A stretch of DNA of 64,000 nt from the human T2T-CHM13v2.0 reference genome, Homo sapiens. Where the stretch lies: the NCBI RefSeq assembly GCF_009914755.1, contig NC_060942.1, one strand, 5' to 3'. A program made the position numbers and the translations under genes. Of this stretch, positions 43,591-57,233 are shown in pieces (within the stretch, counting starts at the first letter, position 1; each line of letters begins with the position of its first letter). The notes under the pieces were generated by a model. That model ran no database searches. It was not told the origin of the DNA and was given only the letters and a program-made list of their open reading frames with translations.

Positions 43591-43909
43591 TAGTCAAGTA
43601 CCACATACTGACAATTTGGCCAACAACAAACATATATGACAGTGGTCCCATAAGATTACAATACCATATTATTACTGTACCTTTTTCTATGTTTACCTAC
43701 ATAGATACTTACTACTGTGTTGCAACTGCCTACAGTATTCAGTACAGTAACACACTGCACAGGTTTATAGCCTAGGAACAATAGGCCACACCATGCTGCC
43801 TAGGCGTGTAGTAGGCTATGCCATCTAGGCTTGTGTGGGTACACTCTAGGGTGGCTGAAGATGTCCAGACACGCATTTCTCAGTATCCCTGTTAAGTGAT
43901 GCATGATTG
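43591..43909 (+). mobile_element. Tigger3/MER7-like Tc1-mariner element within L2 fragments
   Basis: agtcaagtaccacata...gtggtcccataagatta...gtgatgcatgattg|ta. Confidence 0.75.
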
Positions 43910-44944
43910 TATTTCTACAATTTGAAAACTGCCAGCTCTCCTGCTAGACTGTAACATCTTTACAGGCAGAGATTGTCTGTTTTGTCTATCCTGATGTCTT
44001 GAAGGTTCCAGGCATACTGTATGTCATTAGGAAACATTTAAGTGCTGAAATGAATGATTTCAACATTTGTATCATCCATTCTCATGCTGCAATGCACACT
44101 CATGATTTCTGTGCATCTCTCTCCCTCCTATTAAACTTCACGCTGTATAATATTAGCGACCATATCCTACTAATCTCTGTACTTCAGGCATCCAGTGGGG
44201 TGTTGCTACACACATTAGATAATCAGTATGATTGCTAAAATCTTCCTCTTGACTTTGCAGCAGCGATTTTGGGGGTCTTCCCTACCAGGTGTGCTATACC
44301 CTTCCTGGACTTCTCTCATCTTTATACTCTCCACTTCACCTTGTTCCTAGTTTGAAACCTTCTTGGGAGCAGCTAGTACTGGGGAGAAGCACAGAAAACA
44401 AGCCATGCAGAGGTGTCAATGGCTAATAACTGTTCGATGTGTTAGGCTTCCCAGCAGTGCTTGTATCTTACCAGGGGCCACACCTTCATTCAGAGGCCAC
44501 AAACTGGAAGCCCGGGAGCCCTGCACTGGCTCCCTCACCCCCGCTGATGTGGCTTTCACGGTGTCCTAAGCACTTTTGAATGGGAAGCTGACATTGCAAA
44601 ACTGGAAGATTTCACTTTCACACACACACACACGATTCCTCTTGAGCAATCAGAAGACAGAGTGAGATGACACTGCTCTGCCATTCCTGCAGGTGATGAG
44701 AAGCTAAGCTGAGGAGAGCACGAAGCCCAGCATCTGACCATTTAGACATGCTCACCAAAGTTCTTAGAAGAAGCAGAGGAAGGAGAAAGCTCACAAAAGA
44801 AAACAAATGCTATTTTATCTGACTTCTCACTTCTACGGATAGTTGTTTTCACTTAAAAACAAATCCCCAAACTGTTTCATGATAGGGCCAAGTGACTTTT
44901 AAACACAATCTAGTTTAGTAGATAGTATACTATACTATTTTAAG

Positions 44945-45068
44945 GGCCAGGCGTGGTGGATCCTGCCTGTAATCCTAGCACTTCGGGAGGCAGAGGCAGG
45001 AGGATCCCAGGAGTTTTGAGACCAGCCTGGGCAACATGGGGAGATCCTGTCTCTTAAAAAAAAAAAAA
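44945..45068 (+). mobile_element. FLAM Alu monomer
   Basis: Left monomer with A-tail; flanking repeat GTRTACTATACTATTTTAA. Confidence 0.8.
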
Positions 45069-45593
45069 GTGTACTATACTATTTTAAATGTCTACTTTTA
45101 AATGAATTCAGTGTTATCTGTTATTTTTAATGTTATTTTTCAGATCAAGTTTGAATATTAATTGTACATGTAATGGCTAAAAAATTAAATCATGATTTGA
45201 GATCTTGATTATACAAAACACTTGTTTCTATCTTAATGTACGATGGTTAGACCTAGCATAACTATGTTAACGATCTGTAATACTACTGCCTTTCATAACG
45301 AAGAAAAACTTAAACCAAGTCCTAACATTAGCACATATTCCTTCTGCTCTTCCACTGACCAACTATGTAACATCTACATTCTGTATTGCAGAGCACTTAT
45401 CTTCCTCTTTACCATGTTGAGAAAGCTTTCTTCTTTAGGAAGTAAGTTCTTGTAAGGCAGAGGTTGGGTTGGATATGTTCTATACTTTGCTCAGCTCCCC
45501 AAAGCCCTAATCAATTGATAAAATACAAAGACAAGAATGCAGGAGATTTTCTGAAGCAACAAAATGATGCATTCTTTTTAATTCCTAGCATGA

Positions 45594-45950
<357 letters not shown>

Positions 45951-46742
45951 AAGTATAATTTCTTAACAGTTATGATAAGTAAACGCTTTGGAGCTATTTT
46001 AGTTTGGATAGAATTGAAAAAAATGTCATTATGTGGACAAATTTTATTTAAAAACATTATTCTAGTGTAATTCCTTAGGCAGAATGAAAAAAGATGTCAG
46101 ATAAATTATGCCTTTGACTATAACAGAAAATCTGAAGCTTTAAATCATCTCACCTCCCACACTGAAATTCACCAAAACAGCATTCGAGAAGAACTTAGAT
46201 TTAAAATTCTAGTGTGGGTGGTTAAGTGTTCATAGCATATTCTTATTGCCATTGTAAGTAGGCACTTGAATGGAATGACAAAAAATGTTAATTTAAAGGA
46301 AATGAAACTTTAAATGACACTTAGTCATCAAAAATGACTAGTCACCAAAAATGACCAATGCTTCCTTCAAATTTTAAATAATTATAACCAAATAAAGGAA
46401 GCCATCTATAGTTTATTTAAAATCCCACTTTCAACCCCAGAAGGCAGAGTTCAGGGATACTTTAGCAGGTGAAGTAAAGTAAGGGGAGGCGGCTCTGAAA
46501 AGGAGAGATAACAGAGAAAAAGCAACAAATTCAGCATGTCTCCTGTAACATTTTTAGCTTCAGATGGGTGAGAAATGTAGTGAAAGGGAAACTTGAAATT
46601 AGTTAGCCTAAAGCAGAACTCCTGAGGAAGAGGATCACTTGGGAATGAGAGTATATACCATAAGCTATCATTCACTGCTCTTGGCCTTGGAAGAAAAGAT
46701 TCTGGTTTACATTCTTGGCTGAAGAGGCAACATAATATAGCA

Positions 46743-46919
46743 CAGTGGTTCCCAAACTTTCCTCCACATTGTAAGTACCTGGGGACTTTAAAAAGTACTG
46801 ATGCCAGGGTTCCTCTTCCCCTGCCCGATTTTCTAATTTACTTGCTATGGGGTATCACCTGGGAATTTTTTTTAAGTTCCTGAGGTGATTCTAATGTTCA
46901 GCAAACTCAGAAAGCACTG
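46743..46919. mobile_element. MER5B-like hAT-Charlie element, followed by a MIR (~46920-47150)
   Basis: cagtggttcccaaact...ggtgattctaatg...aaagcactg termini. Confidence 0.7.
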
Positions 46920-48839
46920 GTGTAGAGGTGAAAGTGTGTTGAATGGACTCTGGTTCAAATTTGGACTCCAGATTTTACCAGTTGGATAATCTTGGGCAAA
47001 ATACGTTATTTCTCAGATCCTTGGTTTCCTTAGCTGTAAAGTAGGAATGGGAACATCTTTATTGCAGTCGTTGGCAGCACAATGACAATATATGCAGAAC
47101 ACTTAGCACAGTGCCTAGCACGCAGTAGACACTCAATACATGGTGTTACTTATTTTTGTTATTTTAATTTTCTATTTTTCCATTTATAAATAGATAAATA
47201 TTCCACAAACAATTTCTTAAAGAGGAATAATTAGAAATCAACTTATGTGTGCTGCTGGGGTGTGTATAATGCAGCTACAAGTTGGGATCCTCTTTGTTCT
47301 GAAGTTGAAGTCTCTTGCTAGAAGTGTCCAGGTACAGGAAGACAGTAGCAGTGAGGACCCAGGTCACCACACGTTCTTGGTATTATTACCTCTCAAATCT
47401 CAACAGAGAATGACAGATGTCATATTGTCCTTGCACTTTTTTTTACTTCATTGATTGAATGTATTAAATTAGATAATCAAATTCATAAAGATGAAATCAA
47501 TCATATTTGTTGAGATAACTAAACTATTGGCTTCATACCCTGGATCCATTTCTCCTTTTCCTTCCTAATTCTTACTTTATTCATGTTTCCATCCCTTTCC
47601 CACTCAGCCAAGTGCCACAGGTAGAGCTGACACCTTCCCAAGATCCAGGTGGTCTCTGAGGCCTACAGGCGATTCCATTCCTGTCTGCAGTGCTTAGCTC
47701 AGGGTACACATGTGAGCCACTTCTGGCCATGGGATGTGAAGGCATGTTTGCTGGGGGCTTTTGGGAAATTCCTTTTCTCTTAAGAAAAAAATCATAAGAA
47801 AAGGAGTTCTCTTTTTTATCTCTAGATGTTATCCCTGGAATCACTCTAGCCATCTTACTACAGCCTGATGTTCAATAGGGCATTGAGAATTGAAGTGCAG
47901 AGTGATGAGAAAAATCTAGGTCCTTGATACCAACATTCAACTCCTGAGTCAATAAATTCTGAAGCCTCCTTTATGTCTGGATGACAAATTTGTGAGCTGA
48001 TACACTTTTTTATTGATTAAAGTAGTGGAGGTTCATTTCTATTATCTGCAGCTAAAAGCCTCCTGGTATAAGTGCTTTGTGTTATCCTTCCAATTATTCT
48101 ACATTTCACCATCACTTTCAAAGCAGTAATATTATACATTTCTAATTTGCATAACTTACTACAGTTTTCAATTTTTTTACCCTAGTTAACACAAAGTCCT
48201 TGAAGTGAATATCATCTTTATCATTATTTTATTTTAGTAATAAGAAACTGGGGCTCAGAAAGTTTAGGTAACACAGTAGGAAATGATGAAACTGAAACAA
48301 GAAATCATGTCTATTTGATTGCTTTTTTCCTGTAAAGACAGTCATTAATGCTCTTCACCAAATGTTTTCATTTCTTCTGACACATGCCAAGATCGCACTT
48401 CCCCATCCTTTTGAAGTTACTTGCAGCCATGATAATTGCCCTGGCCCAATGCAATGTGAACAGGTAAAAGACATATTTTACTTCTGGGCCAAAGCTTCAA
48501 GAACCAGTGCATATTTTGTTGTCTTCTCTCTCTCTAATGCAGATAACAGAAGTCCCATGAGCCTGGGTCCCACAAAGAGACATGGAGTGTAGCATCCAGC
48601 AATGTCGTTATAAACTTGTAGTGGGAATTAACAATACACATTTGTTGTTATAAACTAAGATTTGGTTATAAACCACTAAGCATAACCTAGCCACTGCTGA
48701 CTGATTAATTCACAAAGTGGCTATATCACTTTGTGTTTTTAAGTGGCAATAATTTAACTCAGTTCTCTATTAGATACCTCAATTCCAAATATTTTTTTTT
48801 CTGAGAAATGCATGTAAATTTTATTCAGAAATAGTAAAG

Positions 48840-49230
48840 TTTTAAAAGTGTTATTTCGATAGTTTCTGTGGAACAGGTGGTTTTTGGTTACATGGGGAAG
48901 TTCTTCAGTGGTGAGTTCTGAGATTTTGGTGCACTCATCACCCAAGCAGTGCACACTGTACCCAATGTGTAGTCTCATCCTTCAACCCTTGAGTCCTCAA
49001 AGTCCACTATATCATTCTTATGCCTTTGCATCTTCGCAGCTTAGCTCCCACTTACGAGTGAGAACATACAATATTTGGTTTTCCATTCTTGAGTTACTTC
49101 ACTTAGAATAATGGTCTCCAACTCCATCTAGGTTGCTGCAAATGCCATTATTTCATTCCTTCTTATGGCTTAGTATTCCATAGTGCATATATATCACATT
49201 TTCTTTATCCACTCGTTGGCTGATGGGCAG
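48840..49230 (-). mobile_element. L1PB/L1MA 3' end fragment
   Basis: gaacaggtggtttttggttacatg...gagttacttcacttagaataatggtctcca. Confidence 0.8.
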
Positions 49231-50134
49231 AAATAATAAATTAATTAGCTAAAAATACATTTACATAGTCATCATCAAACCAGGTGTACATTTAGGTTAA
49301 TAAAACTGTAGTTCCTGATAGCTTTCTTTGAGACAAACAGACTTACATCAATTTTTCTCAACAATTGAATCCTAGGCATTCTCTGTGTATTTAAAAATGT
49401 TGCCTCAGTATGGAGAAGTTGTTAGGATGAAGTGCTAGTGCCTTATCTGAAAAGTATCTCCCTCCTCCCAGCAAGCCACTCTGTTGGGACTACATCCAGC
49501 GCAAAGGTCCAGAACAGAAGCAGCATGCAGGTGAACGTATGTTTAGGGTATTAGACAGGGGGAGATCGTCACCAGGTATCCAATATAGACAGAATCAGAG
49601 AACATGACATCACTTCTTTGAACCTCATTTTTCTCATCTGTAAAATGGAAATAATGTGTCTATTCAGAGTAGTTATAATAATTATTTGAAATAATGCATA
49701 TAAGGTTTGTTGCATAATGCCTGGCATTTATTTAATAGTTGATATATTTTAATTTCTTTTATACATTCTCATTTTGTCAACTTGCTATTGTAAAAGTGTT
49801 TACTATTCATTATCCAATGGAAAAATATCACATATACCCAGAAAAAGATGTGAATATATTGATTGCTTTCTTTTCTCAGACATGATAAAAGTATACATTT
49901 TGAACTTATGAAGACTGAAAATCTTTGCTCTGAGTTTTTCCTTTGCGACTTTCTTAAGACTGTAACTGGTATATTTGGCAATAAAACTTCTGTTATCATT
50001 TAGGTTGCTTCATGATGCAAGTAAAAGAAAACTGGACTTAAATAAGAAAAGGATTTTTTTTTTTTTTTTGGTTAACAGGTCTCAAGTGTGGCTGGCTTCG
50101 AGCAAGTCTTGATCCCAGGGGTTCCTGGTGTCAT

Positions 50135-50856
50135 TGTAACCACCCAACGGGTTCATCTTGCCCGCTGCCCAGACAGTGGATTCATCAAGACAAAGGAATT
50201 GCAATAAAGAGTTTAATTCACACAGAGCTGGCTAAACAGGAGACCAGAGTTTTATTATTACTTAAAGCAGTCTCCTGAAAATTCAGAGACTGGGATTTTT
50301 AAAGGATAATTTGGGGGAGTAGGAGACCAGGGAGCGGGGAGAATTGATGGCTCTGGTGTGACATGAAATCATAGGGAGTTGAAACTGTCCTCTTGCACTG
50401 AGTCAGTTCTTGGGTGGGGGCTACAGGACTAGATGAGCCAGTTTATCCATCTGAGTGATGCCAGCTGATCCATGAGTGCGGGGTCTGAAAAACATCTTAA
50501 GCACCAATCTTGGGTTTTACAATAGTGATATTATCCTTAGGAACAATTGGGGAGGTTTAGAATCTTGTGGCCTCTAGCTGCATTATTCCTAAACTGTAAT
50601 TTCTAATCTTGTGGCTAATTTGCTAGCCCTAAAAAGGCAGTCTGGTCCCCAGGCCAGAAAGGGGTTTGTTTTCAGAATGAGCTGTTATCATCTTTGTTTC
50701 AAAGTTACACTATAAACTAAGTTCCTTCCAGAGTTAGTTCTGCCTATGCCCAGGAATGAACAAGGACAGAGTTTAGAAGCAAGATGGAATTGGTTAGGTC
50801 AGATCTCTTTCACTGTCATAATTTTCTCAGTTGTAATTTTTGCAAAGGTGGTTTCA
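50135..50856 (-). mobile_element. LTR8-family (ERV1) solo LTR
   Basis: TGTAACCACCCAA...GCAAAGGTGGTTTCA (reverse complement starts TGAAACCACCTTTGC); 4-bp TSD TCAT/TCAC. Confidence 0.82.
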
Positions 50857-51811
50857 TCACTAGGACTCTCTGTCTTCACTAAAAGTCTGTGTTGTCCATG
50901 TCAAGCATTATTCATTCAAAAATAAAGAGAGGAAGAAAAAAAAAGACTTCCCTTTTTCCTTAGAATCAGAAAATTAGTCTTGAATGACATCTATGGACTC
51001 TCTCAGTTGGAAATGAGGTCAAACTGACTTCCTTAAGGTCCTGTCTTAGTAACTCAAAATACTCAAAATAGAACTGAAACATAAACTTAGATTTTACTTC
51101 ACTGCTCAGGGGAGGAACATAAGTGTTAACTAAACCCCCAAGGTAAGAAAGGTAGCAAGATAAATCACCCAAAGATCACAGAATGCCCAATCCATATACA
51201 GAATTGTGCTATTGTTATTGTCAAGAAATTTATCACCTTGTCATACAACACCAACACTGTTGAAATAGCTATTAAAACACTGTAGGAAGTGCTAAATTTT
51301 CACATAAATTTTAAATTTCAAGTGAACTCTTTGAAGGCAGAACCCAGTTTTATCTTTTATATAACAGGCACCCAATAAATGTTGGTTAATGGAATACAAA
51401 TAACATTTGCAGCTGGTCACTTGTGAGGAAATTGTTTCCCACATTTTTCTCTAGAATTTTTAATTAACTATTACTATTAAACTGAGTCTACATGATGGAA
51501 AAGCTTGACTCTGGAGTTTTAGGTTGAGTTCCACTTTTACTAGCTGTGTGATCTTGGAACAGTTTATTAGTCTTCTAAATTACTGTTCCTTACTGTGGAT
51601 AAGAGAATTCATGTGGATTACAATCAGAATTAAACCAGATAATGTCTACAAAAAGTTTTCTATGAACTATTTAAAAAGGTAAGGAATTATCACTCGAATG
51701 TATTCTGATTTAAACTGAATTGTGTTCGAATTAGCCTTGAGTGACGATTTGGCCTAGAAAGCCTATCTTCAGAACATCACACACACACAAAAATCCAATT
51801 ACTTACAATGA

Positions 51812-52087
51812 TTTTTTTGAGATGGAATCTCGCTCTGTCGCCCAGGCTGGAGTGCAGTGGCGCAATCTCGGCTCACTGCAGCCTCCGCCACTGGGTTCAA
51901 GCTATTCTCCCGCCTCAGCCTCCAAGTAGCTGGAATTACAGCCTCGCACCACCATGCCTGGCTAATTTCAAATTTTTAGTAGAGACGCGGTTTCCCCAGG
52001 CTGGTCTCAAAATCCTAGCCTCAAGCAATCCACCGACTCGGCCTCCCAAAGTATTGGGATTACAGGCGTAAGCCACCCCGCCTGGCC
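51812..52087 (-). mobile_element. Alu (old S/J)
   Basis: Alu consensus. Confidence 0.85.
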
Positions 52088-52629
52088 AGTGATCTTCCTA
52101 AACAGAAATCTGATCACATAACTTCCCATTACAGAGTCTAACCCTAACCCTGTGCCTACAACATAGTCAAACCTCTTTAGCAAGGCAGATGACCTCAAGC
52201 AGGATTTCACTGCCTCTTTGTCACAGCACTTAACAAGCTGTGATGTATTTATTTTTATTCGTCTACACAGGTCTTCCCTACTAGATTCTGAGTTTCAGAA
52301 GAAAGGCCTCTAACTCGAGGTTCATGAATGGACCTGCACAAGGGGGCGGACGGGCTGAAGTCCTGCCTTTTTTTTTTTTTCCAAAAAACCCGTATGCTGT
52401 GCCGTTAACGTTCATAAAAAAGTCCTTGTCGAACGTTTTAAACAGCCAAGGTGTTTCAGCTTTAATAAAAGCTGAAAATTTGGCAATACCAAACAGGTCA
52501 CCAAGCCACAGTCCGCTTCTTGGCCTCCTCTTTGGTATCAGCGTTCGGCTGGCGGCTTCCTGTGGCCTCTTAAACAAGGACCTCATTTTGGGAGCCATTC
52601 GAGAGATTTTTTCTCATTATCTAAAGTAG

Positions 52630-54240
52630 CATTCTCGCCTTGCACAGCTGAAAGTCATTTCTCGAAATCGGAGCGCCAGAAGCGACAGGAGCCACTCCAG
52701 GCCCGGGGGAAGCGAGCAAAGGGGCAGCGGGCTGCGTTTGCCAACGTAGGCCTCTCGGGTCCCGCGCCGTTCTGGGCCTTCTCCGTGTTTCCGGCGCCGC
52801 CCTCGGGGTCCCTTACAGAGGGCGGGAGGCGGGTGGAGAGACGGGGCAGGAAGCAGGCGGGATCGGCCTGGGAAGAACCCGTTCTGGGACCCTCTAGAAA
52901 TCCCAGACAGCCCTCCCGGGCTGACAGCGCCTGCCTTGGAGCCCGACGCGCTCATCGAATTTAGATTGACTCCTTCGGCTCTCCGTTTTCCTTCTCTAAG
53001 GGAAGGGTGGGACTTCCTATTTTATCTCTTAGCGGCTTCCGGCAAGAGCTGATGTGTTAAAAACAAGACAGCACATGGGCCTGCCGGCCACTCGGATAAA
53101 AAACAAGGAACTCGACCTGGATTGTACTAAACCAGTTCCAAGATTCTGTTTTTCGGCTGTGGCGTCCGGCGCTGCATCCACTACGGAGTCGCCTTGGAAG
53201 CCACCGGAAGTCCTTCAACGGAGAAACAGGATGTCCCGCCTCTTCCTCCCAAAGGGAAGACGGTGAGCCGGAGGAGTCAGTCAGAGGGGCGAGCAGGAGC
53301 GATTCCGTCGCCAAACAGGTAAGTTATTCTCTGGCCGGGGCGGGGGGTTTGGAGGCGGGGACCGTCCAGCGTCAGCGCGGGGCCTGGGGGCGGTGGCTTG
53401 AGGGCTCGAAGCCGGGCGGCTGGGCGCCCAGAGCCCCGTCTGGGCCCTTCGCTCTTTCTCCTCCCCCCTCCCCCCGCCTCCGCCCCTCCCTGTCGCCTTC
53501 CTTCCCGACACCCGCCCAGACTCACGCCCGGACACACACCCTCGCTCGTTCGCTCACGCTGCCTCGCCGCCCTCCTCCCCCAGGCCCCCGCTGCCGCCCT
53601 GCCCTCTCACCCGCTCGCTCCGCAGGCCGGTCCCGCGGGCAGCCTCGCTCCGCGCCCTTGCGCGAGCGGAGCTCTTGTGGACACCTCGGGGCTGCGGACC
53701 TAGCGTGGCCTCGGTTTCCCCTGCCGGGTCCGCCTGTCCGCGCAGTAACAGTCCCCCGTTCCTTCGGGACGCACCCCTGCACCGAAATCGGGCTGTTCTC
53801 GCGTGCCCGGGTTGCTCTCAAGTGGAAAACAGATGCTCCCCTAGCTGCACAGCTGCAAGCTTTAGCGTCTGGTTTCCAGCAGGGGCTCCCTGGACCGCCC
53901 GCCCACTCTCGTGTCACCCCCAGGTGCCCTGGCTGCGCCGCTGCTACTCGCGCCTTCTTCCGTTAAGCGACGCTGGTGTGGGCGGGCGGAGGGCACACAA
54001 GTGCGGTGGCCGAAAGCACCGCGGTGGCAGCGAAGGGTCCTAGCCATTCCCGACTTCAGCTCGCTTTGCGCCACTGCGGGGAGACCCGCGGCTGCCTGAC
54101 ACCGCTGCGGGCAGCAGTGGGTTTCTCAGTAGATGCTCACCTCTTTCCAGCCAGCTAGCACGCCCTGGGTGCTTGGCCTCCTTCTGGAGTTTAAGCTGGT
54201 GGAGGCGGGGTGCAGTGGCCGCTGACCTCTGTCGGTTGCG
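52630..54240. promoter_or_regulatory. CpG island / bidirectional TATA-less promoter (ZNF407 + strand; antisense lncRNA - strand)
   Basis: Sharp rise in GC and CpG density; ETS/GABP ACCGGAAGT at 53203-53211 and oppositely oriented CTTCCGG at 53036-53042; GC boxes near 52820, 53337, 53352 and 53386. Confidence 0.9.
53240..53318 (+). other. ZNF407: Non-coding first exon, probably ZNF407 (start approximate)
   Basis: Perfect donor CAG|GTAAGT at 53318/53319 just downstream of the ETS site within the CpG island; gene identity from known gene order CNDP1-ZNF407, not from coding sequence. Confidence 0.65.
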
Positions 54241-56686
54241 CTGGGTTTTGAGTAGCCATTTATTTCATTGGGGAGTTTTGGAATAGGACATCCCACATCC
54301 GTGGACACACATGTAGAATACTTTTATAAGTAATTACAGTCTTAATAGTGATTTGAGTTACAGCTTTGCAGTCTATGCCTGGTGACATCCTAGTCGTAGT
54401 ATGTATCTGTTTTGTGGTGAAGTGCTGGTCCATTTAGAACACTGTAGACAGGGGCCCTAACATATACTCATCAGAACCTTATTAAGAAGAGCTTATATGT
54501 CATTTGGCATACTCACTGTGCTTCATTTAGTACAGCAATCTTGTGTAGTAGGAATTATTCCCTTTTTACAAACTGAGACTCACTTTGCTATATACAAAAT
54601 TACTGCTACTGGTAAAAGGTAAAGCTTTCTTCTTGCATGACATGTAAGGCAGGTGTGATAATTGCTCACAACACAGTTGCTACTGGTGCATTTTTTTTTA
54701 AACTTTATTTCGGAATAAATTAAGATTTACAGAAAAGTTGCAAACAATAGGACAGTTCCATTGGTACCTTTTAAGCAGAGCAAAGTGGCTCCACTTCAAA
54801 AACACTGGTTCTTGCTTTATGCCAAACACCCTTCTAGGTGTTGGAAATAGTAATATACTTCCCTAGAGGATTTTGAGATCTGGTTGAATAGACACATAAA
54901 TAAATATATATAATACCTTTTTCTGCTTACTAAAATAGAGATGTGGGAGCACAGTGGAAGTTACGGCTGATTGATGGTGGGGAGTGGTGAGAGCTTCTTG
55001 CAGGATATGTGATTTGAGATAGGTCTCAAGGACTAGTGGGTATTCACCTGGTTGAAGGGACATTTTCCCCAACATTCATTCCGATTAGGTTTGTTTTATT
55101 AGAGTAGAACTCGCTAATCTTAATAAAATATACTCTCCTAGTTTGATTCTTCTCTTTCTCATCTCCTTTAAGAAGGTGGTTTGTATCCCAGATAGTGAGA
55201 AGAAGCCTAGTTTCTAAATCTATGAATAGGCGAATAAATTAAGCTGTATGTTTCTAATTGATAGTTGTGACTCTTTCGACTGTAGTTGAGATTGGTTTTT
55301 TAGGAATGCACTGTAGTCCTCCACTGAGCGTTTTCCTTGCTTTCCAACTCTGATGACTAGTGGAATTAAGTAATGCATTCAGGAAACATTTACCGCATGC
55401 TTGCTTTGTGCCAGCCATTGCACTAGAGTAAAATGATGAACAAGATAGTGGGGAATATAGACAAGCAAATGCGCATTGGCAGTGCAGTCTGATGGCCTGC
55501 CCACAGAGTGTCACAGTGCCATTCATGATTCTTGGTTGTCAACCATGGCAATGGACTTGGCTGACTTAAGCAGAAAAGGAATTTATTGGAAGGCTATAGA
55601 TGGCTTTCAGAATTGATGGGAAGGCTGGGGAACTGGATTCAGAAAATAGGCAGCAACCAAAAGAGGCTGGCTGGCTGGGGCCACATCCAAGGCAATATCA
55701 CGTAAATAGCCTGCCTAGAATTTTGTTGCTGGTGACATTGCCACTGGAGAAACTGCCACCTCTGTTGCTGGACTGTTGACTCTCTTCTACCACTGAAAAA
55801 TCTCTTATTGCTCCTGCATCTTTGTGACCTTTTTTGCCAAGCCACTGTAGTTGTCAGGGAGCAGAGAGATGGAGAGAGATGGTCTTTATCCCTTGCAAAG
55901 ACCCACACCTCAAAGGAGTCCTACTAAATAGAAGGAAGCTTGGGCTGTGGGTAGCCCTAAAAGCAAAAATGTCCAGCATAACCACTGAACCTGGCAAGCT
56001 TAAAGAGGTTAGGGAGGAATACCAAGAGGGAATGGCGACCAGAGAATGAACAGGAACTCACTGGGCAAAGAGATAAAGAGCGGTTAGGGAATCCAGTTTC
56101 GGATAGAAGACTTCCAAGCGTCAAAAGGTAATGTGGAACATTTCAAGAATTAAAAGGTGTTTAGGATGGCTGGATCACGGAGTATAAGAGGAGGTGTGGA
56201 AAATAAGGCTGGAGAGGCCCTCTTGAAGAAATGTAGGCAGCATAGTGACATGTACACCCTTTTGCTTGTTTTAAGCACTTTGATTGCAACTACGGAGACC
56301 AGTTGGCATGGTGTAAGGCTAGGGGACAGGGATCTTTTAGAGGCTGTTGCATTTATAGTAGGTTAGACATCACAGAAGTCTGAACTAGGATAGTGGCCCA
56401 GAGGTAGGGGAAGTGAGTGGATTGTACATGCTCAGTTAGTGGAGTGGATTCGGGGATGGAGTAGGTGAGATGGACAAGTCAAGGTGGACACTGATGTGTC
56501 TGCTTCGGGTGACTGGGTGGAGCCTGGTGTTCCCTGTGTGGTGATGGAAGGTGAGCAGTTGCCCCAGTAAGATACTTCAGTGTGGGCTCATTTCTGTGAA
56601 CACGTTGAGTGGGCAGTTGTATGGATGAGTCTGCAATCCCAGAGGACCACCAGCATCTCACTGCAGCCTTGGTTCCTTCAGTTAGT

Positions 56687-56706
56687 TGTGTGTGTGTGTG
56701 TGTGTA

Positions 56707-56741
<35 letters not shown>
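56687..56741. repeat. Interrupted (TG)n microsatellite
   Basis: Direct inspection. Confidence 0.9.
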
Positions 56742-56743
<2 letters not shown>

Positions 56744-56823
56744 TTCACAAGATTATGGCAAGACCGGCCTTCATGTGTATGCATCCCAAGTCTCTTGGCA
56801 TGATGTCTTACTCATAGAAGGGG

Positions 56824-57233
56824 GTGTTAGGCCATTCTTGCATTGCCTAAAATGGAGAGATAGCCAAGGCTGGGTAATATACAAAGAAAAGAGGTTTCAC
56901 TGGCTCGCGGTTCTGCAGGCTCTACAGGAAGTGTGGCACTGGCATCTGCTGGGCTTCTGGTGAAGCCTCAGGAAGCTCTCCATCATGGCAGAAGGCAAAC
57001 GGGGAGCTTGCATATCCCATGGCAAGAGGAGGAGCGAGAGAGTGGGGAGGTGCTATGCACTTTTAAATAGCCAGGTCACATGGGAACTCACTCACCATCT
57101 CAGGACAGCACCAAGCCATTCAGGAGGGACACCCCCGCCATAATTCAATCACTGCCCACCAGGCCCTACCTCCAACATTGGGGACTACATTTCAGCCTGA
57201 GATTTGGAGGGGATGCACATCCAAACTGTTTCG
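56824..57233 (-). mobile_element. MST-family solo LTR
   Basis: gttaggccattcttgcattgc...gaaaagaggttt...gcacatccaaactg; probable TSD AGGGG. Confidence 0.8.

Larger units (their letters stand above)
47145..53200 (-). ncRNA. Probable antisense/divergent lncRNA locus (ZNF407-AS1/LINC00909); limits and exon structure not resolved
   Basis: Recalled annotation plus bidirectional promoter architecture; minus-strand ATTAAA at 47163-47168 and AATAAA at 47058-47063. Confidence 0.35.

Noticed and set aside
53281-54158. Several P/R/A/G-rich ORFs up to 205 aa
   Set aside because: Expected in a GC-rich CpG island; mostly non-ATG starts and no domain; located in the first intron after the 53318 donor
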